Positions 58,570-64,000 of a DNA stretch of 64,000 nucleotides are shown in pieces (the stretch's first letter is position 1; every line of letters begins with the position of its first letter). A program made the position numbers and the translations under genes. The notes beneath the pieces were generated by a model. That model was not told the DNA's origin and did not search any database. It saw nothing but the letters and a program-made list of their open reading frames with translations. This DNA is from an uncultured Bacillales bacterium (lineage in GTDB: Bacteria; Bacillota_I; Bacilli_A; RFN20; CAG-826), in contig CAJJXG010000001.1 in assembly GCA_905197045.1 (NCBI GenBank), positions 96,338 through 160,337 of the forward strand, written 5' to 3'.

Positions 58570-58601
58570 TGGTATAATCTAGTCAGTTGTTAAAACAACT
58601 G
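58570..58601 (+). promoter_or_regulatory. ppdK promoter (extended -10 TGgTATAAT) followed by a 7-bp perfect palindrome CAGTTGT-taaa-ACAACTG at the predicted transcription start
   Basis: TGGTATAAT at 58570-58578. The palindrome at 58584-58601 sits between the -10 and the SD GGAGG at 58611-58615. Confidence 0.45.
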
Positions 58602-58624
58602 CCAAAATTTGGAGGTTTATTTAA

Positions 58625-61312
58625 ATGGCTAAAAAGTATGTTTACCTCTTTAAAGAAGCACACGGCTTAGGCAAAGAGCTTCTCGGAGGAAAAGGTGCAG
58701 GCTTAGCAGAGATGACCTATATCGGCGTCCCTATTCCACAAGGTTTCACAATTACTACAGAAGCATGCACACTTTATTATCAAAGCGGCAAGGTTTTACC
58801 AGAAAGCTTAATCAAAGAAATCGACAAAGGTATTCACGATGTCGAAAAAGAATCAGGAAAATCCTTTGGCGGAATCGATCCTACAAAGACTCCTCTTTTA
58901 GTTTCTGTTAGATCTGGTGCTAGAGTTTCTATGCCAGGTATGATGGATACAATCTTAAACTTAGGTTTAAATGATACATCTGTCGAAACACTTGCTAAAG
59001 TAAGTAACAATGAAAGATTTGCTTACGATTCTTATCGTAGATTCATCCTTATGTTCACCAACATCGCAAAAGGTTGGCCAAGAACAGATATGGACAGAAT
59101 GCTTGATAAAATCAAAGAAGACAACGGTTACAAGCTCGATACAGAAGTTACAACCGAACAATTAAAAGAATTAGTCGAAGCTTATAAAGCTTACTATAAA
59201 GAGAAATTTGGTGAAGATTTCCCATCAGATCCATATGTTCAATTACATTCAGCAGTTGAAGCTGTTTTCAGATCATGGGATAACCCAAGAGCTAACGTTT
59301 ATAGACAAATGAACTCTATTCCTTATGAATGGGGAACTGCAGTTAACGTTCAATCAATGGTTTTCGGTAACTTAAACGCTAACTCTGGTACAGGTGTTGC
59401 TTTCTCAAGAGATCCATCAAGCGGTGAAAAGAAAGTTTACGCTGAATATTTACCACAAGCTCAAGGTGAAGACGTCGTTGCTGGTATTAGAACTCCTTAC
59501 CACATCGATTACTTAAAAGAACAAATGCCAGATGTCTATGCTCAATTTGAAAAGACAATCAAGGCTATGGAAGCTCACTATAAAGATATGCAAGATATGG
59601 AATATACCGTTGAAGACGGAAAACTCTATTTCTTACAAACCAGAAACGGTAAAAGAACCGCTGCTGCTTCCTTAAAGATTGCTCTTGATTTATTAGATGA
59701 AGGCGTCATTACTGAAGATGAAGCAGTTCTCAGAGTTGAACCAAAATTACTTGATTCCTTACTCCACCCAACATTTGATCCAAGTGCTTTAAAAACCGCT
59801 ACCCCAATTGCTCAAGGTAACCCAGCTTCTCCAGGTGCAGGTGTTGGACACCTTAGCTTTGATGCAGAAGATGCAAAAACAAGAAGAGCAAATGGCGAAA
59901 AAGTTATTCTTGTCAGAGCTGAAACTTCCCCTGAAGATATCGAAGGTATGGTTTCTGCTGAAGCTATCTTAACTATGAGAGGTGGTATGACTTCTCACGC
60001 AGCTGTCGTTGCTCGTGGTATGGGTAAATGCTGTGTTACAGGTTGTTCAGCTGCAATTGTTGATGAAGAAAACAAAACTTTAACAATCAACGGTAAAGTT
60101 TTCCACGAAAACGATACAATTTCTGTTGATGGTTCCACAGGTTCTGTTTACGAAGGCGCTATGGCACTCATTCCTGCAGATACAAAAGCCGGTAACTTCG
60201 GAAGAATCATGAAACTTGCAGATAAATATAGAAGACTTTCAATCAGAACAAACGCTGATACACCAAAAGACGCAAGACAAGCTGCTGAATTTGGCGCAGA
60301 AGGCATTGGTCTTTGTAGAACAGAACACATGTTCTTCTCTGGCGATAGAATTTTCCATATGAGAAGAATGATTCTTGCTGATACAGTTGAAGAAAGAGAA
60401 CAAGCATTAAGCGAACTTCTCCCATATCAAAGAGAAGACTTCTACGGATTATTCATGTCAATGAAAGATCTTGAACACATCAACGTTAATGTTAGATTAC
60501 TTGATCCACCTCTACATGAATTCTTACCACAAGAAGAAGATAAGATTAAAGAATTAGCTGATTCCTTAAATAAATCAGTTGAACAAATCAAAGCTAGAAT
60601 TCAATATCTCCACGAATTCAACCCAATGATGGGCCACAGAGGATGTAGATTAGATGTCACATATCCTGAAATCGGAAGAATGCAAGCAAGAGCTATTGTT
60701 GAAGCTGCTATCAAAGCTAGCAAAGATATAGGTAAAGAAATTGAACCTGAAATTATGATTCCATTAACTCTCGATCTTAAAGAATTCAAGTTCGTTAAGA
60801 AGATTATTGTTGATGAAGTCGAAAAAGTCTTAAAAGAAAACAACGTTTCAATGAAATACCATGTTGGTACAATGATCGAAATCCCAAGAGCTGCTTTACT
60901 CTCTGGCGAAATCGCTTCTGAAGCTGAATTCTATTCATTTGGTACTAACGATTTAACACAAATGACATTTGGTTTCTCAAGAGATGATGCTTCTAAGTTC
61001 TTAGGTTCATATTATGAAAATAAGATTTTTGAAGAAGATCCATTCCAACACGTCGACCAAAAAGGTGTCGGCAAATTAATTAAGATGGCAGTTGCTGATG
61101 GAAAAGCTACAAGACCAGAATTACTTTGTGGTGTTTGTGGTGAACACGGCGGCGATCCAGAATCAATTCACTTCTTCAACAGAGTTGGATTAGATTATGT
61201 TTCCTGCTCACCATTCAGAGTCCCAATTGCTAGACTTGCTGCTGCTCAAGCTGAAATCTTATTAAAGAGAGAAAAAGCTGCCGCAAAAAAAACACACAAA
61301 AAAGCTAAATAA
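58625..61312 (+). CDS. ppdK: pyruvate, phosphate dikinase
   Basis: 895 aa. N-terminal ATP-grasp domain, central phosphohistidine domain (GGMTSHAAVVARGMGKCCV), C-terminal PEP-utilising TIM barrel (..NDLTQMTFGFSRDD.., catalytic Cys in ELLCGVCGEHGGDP). Confidence 0.95.
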   Translation: MAKKYVYLFKEAHGLGKELLGGKGAGLAEMTYIGVPIPQGFTITTEACTLYYQSGKVLPESLIKEIDKGIHDVEKESGKSFGGIDPTKTPLLVSVRSGARVSMPGMMDTILNLGLNDTSVETLAKVSNNERFAYDSYRRFILMFTNIAKGWPRTDMDRMLDKIKEDNGYKLDTEVTTEQLKELVEAYKAYYKEKFGEDFPSDPYVQLHSAVEAVFRSWDNPRANVYRQMNSIPYEWGTAVNVQSMVFGNLNANSGTGVAFSRDPSSGEKKVYAEYLPQAQGEDVVAGIRTPYHIDYLKEQMPDVYAQFEKTIKAMEAHYKDMQDMEYTVEDGKLYFLQTRNGKRTAAASLKIALDLLDEGVITEDEAVLRVEPKLLDSLLHPTFDPSALKTATPIAQGNPASPGAGVGHLSFDAEDAKTRRANGEKVILVRAETSPEDIEGMVSAEAILTMRGGMTSHAAVVARGMGKCCVTGCSAAIVDEENKTLTINGKVFHENDTISVDGSTGSVYEGAMALIPADTKAGNFGRIMKLADKYRRLSIRTNADTPKDARQAAEFGAEGIGLCRTEHMFFSGDRIFHMRRMILADTVEEREQALSELLPYQREDFYGLFMSMKDLEHINVNVRLLDPPLHEFLPQEEDKIKELADSLNKSVEQIKARIQYLHEFNPMMGHRGCRLDVTYPEIGRMQARAIVEAAIKASKDIGKEIEPEIMIPLTLDLKEFKFVKKIIVDEVEKVLKENNVSMKYHVGTMIEIPRAALLSGEIASEAEFYSFGTNDLTQMTFGFSRDDASKFLGSYYENKIFEEDPFQHVDQKGVGKLIKMAVADGKATRPELLCGVCGEHGGDPESIHFFNRVGLDYVSCSPFRVPIARLAAAQAEILLKREKAAAKKTHKKAK

Positions 61313-61404
61313 TTTTAGAGCCATTTAAAGAAAAAGAGGAGCCGTTTGGTTCCTCTTTTAATATGCTTTTTTTAAAAAAAGTTAACTTTTGCAGGCTTTT
61401 TTTA

Positions 61405-61656
61405 CTATTTAACGAATTTTGGTGAGAAGTACAAATCGTTATTTTCGGTAATATGACCTACTTTTTTGTTATTTAAATAGATGTCTCCACTTTCATCTAA
61501 ATAACCTGCTTTAAATTTTTCAATATAAATTTCTCCATCTTCAGTAAGAGTGGCAAATTTTCTTCCACTAATGAAAATGACACCATTATGATTGATGTAT
61601 CCAACGAGCTCATCGCCAATATAAACGTTTTTATTATAACAATCTAAAAATAACAT
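61405..61656 (-). CDS. small protein of about four WG/KWG-like beta-repeats (hydrophobic-GY/H-I-...-G-x-I-Y/F)
   Basis: 83 aa. Repeats VGYINHNGVIF / GEIYIEKFKAGYL / DESGDIYL / KVGHITENNDLYF. Ends 2 nt before ispE. Confidence 0.45.
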   Translation of the reverse strand: MLFLDCYNKNVYIGDELVGYINHNGVIFISGRKFATLTEDGEIYIEKFKAGYLDESGDIYLNNKKVGHITENNDLYFSPKFVK

Positions 61657-61657
61657 T

Positions 61658-62515
61658 TTACTTACCTAAAAACTTTGTTGCGCAAACTTGATAGTGATCT
61701 AATGTGTATTTCTTTTCTGCTCGTCTCCAAAGTTTCTTATTGTTTGTTAAAGCAAAAACACAACTACCTGAGCCACTCATTCTAACGCATTCAAATCCAT
61801 CATCAATTAAATTTTCAATAACATTTGAAATTGAAGGCAAAAGTTCGATTGCTGGATTTTCTAAAGAATTAAAGACGGCTTTACCTAAGCCTTCTAAATC
61901 GTCGTTTATATAAAGTTCTTTAATCTTATTAATATCGCCATGTGAAATGTCTTCACATCTATCTGCAACTTCAAAAACATCTTTTGTAGAAAGTCCGTCG
62001 AAAGGTTTAACAAGTAATACATAAAAAGGAGCTACGTGATCAAAAAACTCTAAAACTTCGCCTTTTCTTTTTAAAAGAGTTGGCGAATTAAATATTGCCC
62101 AAGGAACATCGCTACCTATAGCTATGCCAATATCGATTAAATCTTGCTTTTTTGGCTTAATTTTTAGCAATTTAATAACCGCTCTTAATGCAGCGCCTGC
62201 ATCAGCGCTTCCTCCACCAAGACCAGCTTGTAAAAATATGTTTTTATGAATATTAATTAAAAAATGCTCTCTGAAGCCCCATTTCTCTCGCGCCTCATCG
62301 ATAATTCTATGGACTAAATTATACTTTGTTATTTTTAAAGAATAATCGTCACAAGTTACAAAATCATCTGTTGCATGAGGAGGTAAAATTTGAACTTCTA
62401 AAGAGTCGTGCATCTCTAAAGGAAGCATAATTGTTTCAAGATTATGATATCCATCATCTCTTAAATTTTTGATATCTAAAGATAAATTTATCTTTGCATT
62501 GGCTTTTTCTATCAT
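61658..62515 (-). CDS. ispE: 4-diphosphocytidyl-2-C-methyl-D-erythritol kinase
   Basis: 285 aa. GHMP kinase motif (LQAGLGGGSADAGAALRAV). Confidence 0.85.
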   Translation of the reverse strand: MIEKANAKINLSLDIKNLRDDGYHNLETIMLPLEMHDSLEVQILPPHATDDFVTCDDYSLKITKYNLVHRIIDEAREKWGFREHFLINIHKNIFLQAGLGGGSADAGAALRAVIKLLKIKPKKQDLIDIGIAIGSDVPWAIFNSPTLLKRKGEVLEFFDHVAPFYVLLVKPFDGLSTKDVFEVADRCEDISHGDINKIKELYINDDLEGLGKAVFNSLENPAIELLPSISNVIENLIDDGFECVRMSGSGSCVFALTNNKKLWRRAEKKYTLDHYQVCATKFLGK

Positions 62516-62542
62516 ATAAAAAATTATATATTTTCTTTCTTT

Positions 62543-63361
62543 TTATTCAATTGTAGTTTCTTTAATTTTTTCTGCTAGACGAACAAAGTCAGCAGTTTTT
62601 AATTCTTCAGCTCGCATTGTAGAAGATAGATTAGATGAAGCAAGAACGTAATTAACTTGCTCTTTGTTTTTAATAAAAGATGTTAGGTTATTAAAAATTG
62701 TTTTTCTTCTGTTTTGGAAGCAAATTTTGGCAATTTTATATAAAAACCCTGCAAAATCTATGTTTTTTTCTTGTTTTTTCGCTAAGCTAAATACTAAAGA
62801 ATCAACATTAGGAATTGGAAAAAACTTGCTTCTATCAACCAATATTTCTTGTTTTATGTCAAACAAATAATCTAATAAAACATTTAAGGCGTTATAGTCT
62901 TTTCCTTCTTTAGCTATGATTCTTTTGTAGCATTCTTTTTGGACCATAAAAACACCTTTCTCAATAGTTTTATCTTCGAGGGCGATTTTTAAGATGATCT
63001 CGCTTGTAATGTAATAAGGAAGGTTGCCGCACACCTTATTAAAGTTCAACTCTTTTTCTTTCAATATATTATTTTTGATTATTTCGATGTTTTTGTTATC
63101 AAAACTTTTACTTAAAAATTCTACAAACTTTGCATCGTACTCGACCACTTTATACGACTTGTAATCTTTCTCCAAAATAAAACCAGTCAAAGCTCCTAAG
63201 CCAGGTCCAATTTCAAGTACTGCGTCATTTTCTTGAATATCTAAACAATTAACTATATTTCGCCCAACTTCTTCGCTGATCAAGAAATTTTGCCCAAGTT
63301 CTTTTTTTGCGTGTGAATTTACAAGTTTAAAATAATCAATAATTTCATTCTTAGTTAGCAT
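62543..63361 (-). CDS. rsmA: 16S rRNA (adenine1518/1519-N6)-dimethyltransferase
   Basis: 272 aa. SAM motif VLEIGPGLGALT. KsgA C-terminal domain. Confidence 0.9.
   Translation of the reverse strand: MLTKNEIIDYFKLVNSHAKKELGQNFLISEEVGRNIVNCLDIQENDAVLEIGPGLGALTGFILEKDYKSYKVVEYDAKFVEFLSKSFDNKNIEIIKNNILKEKELNFNKVCGNLPYYITSEIILKIALEDKTIEKGVFMVQKECYKRIIAKEGKDYNALNVLLDYLFDIKQEILVDRSKFFPIPNVDSLVFSLAKKQEKNIDFAGFLYKIAKICFQNRRKTIFNNLTSFIKNKEQVNYVLASSNLSSTMRAEELKTADFVRLAEKIKETTIE
62742..62762 (+). repeat. copy 5 of the recurring motif (AAAAACCCTGCAAAATCTATG), located inside the rsmA coding sequence
   Basis: About 235 nt upstream of the ispE start. On the coding strand it encodes ..IDFAGFLYK... Confidence 0.3.
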
Positions 63362-63887
63362 GTTTTAAAACCTCGATAATTTGCTCTTTACTTATTTCTA
63401 ACATATTTAATCTTTTAAGTAGAGTTTTTCCGTTTGTAAATCCTAAATGAAAATTTTCAGAAACTATTTTCCTTAATTTTGAAGAATCGTTTCTTCCTAT
63501 TAATCCTAAGTCTATCAAGTCGTTTGTTTTTAATAAATTGTGTTTGCTAGTTTTGCTTTTAAAAACTTGAGCGTTTTGCAATGCTCTATTTACTTCCTCG
63601 ACAGTAGATTCAGCAACGCCTACTTTGTGTTTCTTTATAGACAATTCTTTTCTAACAAATGCGTTTTTTAAATTAGGAATATTTTCGTTCAAGTAATTCC
63701 TTATTTTTGTTCCAGGAAAGTCAGGATCAGTTAAAACGACAACCTCTCCCTTTTTTATATATTCTTTAATAAACTGAATATCTTTCTCAGATACAGCAGA
63801 ACCATTAACACTATAAAAATCAGCATCTATAAAACTAGATAAAAAAGCAATATCGGTTTTGCCTTCTACAACAATTAATTTTTTCAC
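63351..63887 (-). CDS. rnmV: ribonuclease M5 (Toprim-domain 5S rRNA maturase)
   Basis: 178 aa. MKKLIVVEGKTDIAFL..VLTDPDFPG is a Toprim motif. rnmV-ksgA order as in Bacillus. Confidence 0.85.
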   Translation of the reverse strand: MKKLIVVEGKTDIAFLSSFIDADFYSVNGSAVSEKDIQFIKEYIKKGEVVVLTDPDFPGTKIRNYLNENIPNLKNAFVRKELSIKKHKVGVAESTVEEVNRALQNAQVFKSKTSKHNLLKTNDLIDLGLIGRNDSSKLRKIVSENFHLGFTNGKTLLKRLNMLEISKEQIIEVLKHAN

Positions 63888-63894
63888 GATTTTA

Positions 63895-64000
63895 ATCTTC
63901 TTCTTTCACGTGTAAAATTTCGCAGGAATTATGAAAACTAATTTTTTCTATTTCTTCTAGTTTCAAATTTAATGATTCTGATGCATATTTTACGGTTTCA
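63895..64000 (-). CDS. C-terminal end of an upstream gene (partial; possibly a TatD-family hydrolase as in Bacillus yabD-rnmV)
   Basis: Minus-strand frame open from the window edge to TAA at 63897..63895 (..ISFHNSCEILHVKEED*). The identity is inferred from synteny only. Confidence 0.3.

Noticed and set aside
1-64000. Possibility that the organism uses genetic code 4 (UGA = Trp), given Mollicutes-like features.
   Set aside because: Long conserved ORFs are uninterrupted under code 11. RF2 is present, with the UGA-dependent autoregulatory frameshift.

Overview
This is a strongly AT-rich chromosomal segment that looks by eye well under 35% GC. It probably comes from a low-GC Bacillota / Mollicutes-like bacterium, such as Acholeplasma, Erysipelotrichia or related uncultured gut lineages. 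I reach this from three observations. First, the gene order is Firmicute-type: dnaX-ybaB-recR-tmk-holB-yaaT-rsmI; prfA-prmC-tsaC-rpiB; gdpP-rplI-dnaB-walJ-rlmH; rpsF-ssb-rpsR; tilS-ftsH-dusB-lysS; and pth-mfd-yabO. Second, the tmRNA tag ends ...NYAFAA, which is Mollicutes-like. Third, long ORFs are intact and RF2 is present, so the standard code is used and UGA is a stop. The segment is densely coding with short intergenic spacers, and most genes are on the minus strand and are housekeeping. Accessory or unusual content is listed here. (1) A minus-strand cluster of a DUF1538 membrane protein and two tandem P-II-like small proteins, followed by a 1068-aa fusion of a GPH/MFS sugar symporter with a family-2 glycoside hydrolase. 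(2) A TetR-regulated heterodimeric ABC exporter with one degenerate ATP site and a roughly 88-aa insertion in one nucleotide-binding domain. (3) A divergent ThyX-like protein, with RYH where the active-site motif is normally RHR, in a folD cluster. (4) comFA preceded by a 337-bp non-coding region, with an RBS-sequestering hairpin and no canonical start codon. (5) prfB with the classical +1 programmed frameshift. (6) A recurring 20-nt intergenic motif, AAAAACCTTGCAAAATCTAAG, with 4 to 6 copies. (7) Pyruvate-phosphate dikinase next to a divergent FGGY sugar kinase. No rRNA, tRNA, CRISPR array, transposase or integrase was seen. The one RNA gene recognised is tmRNA (ssrA).
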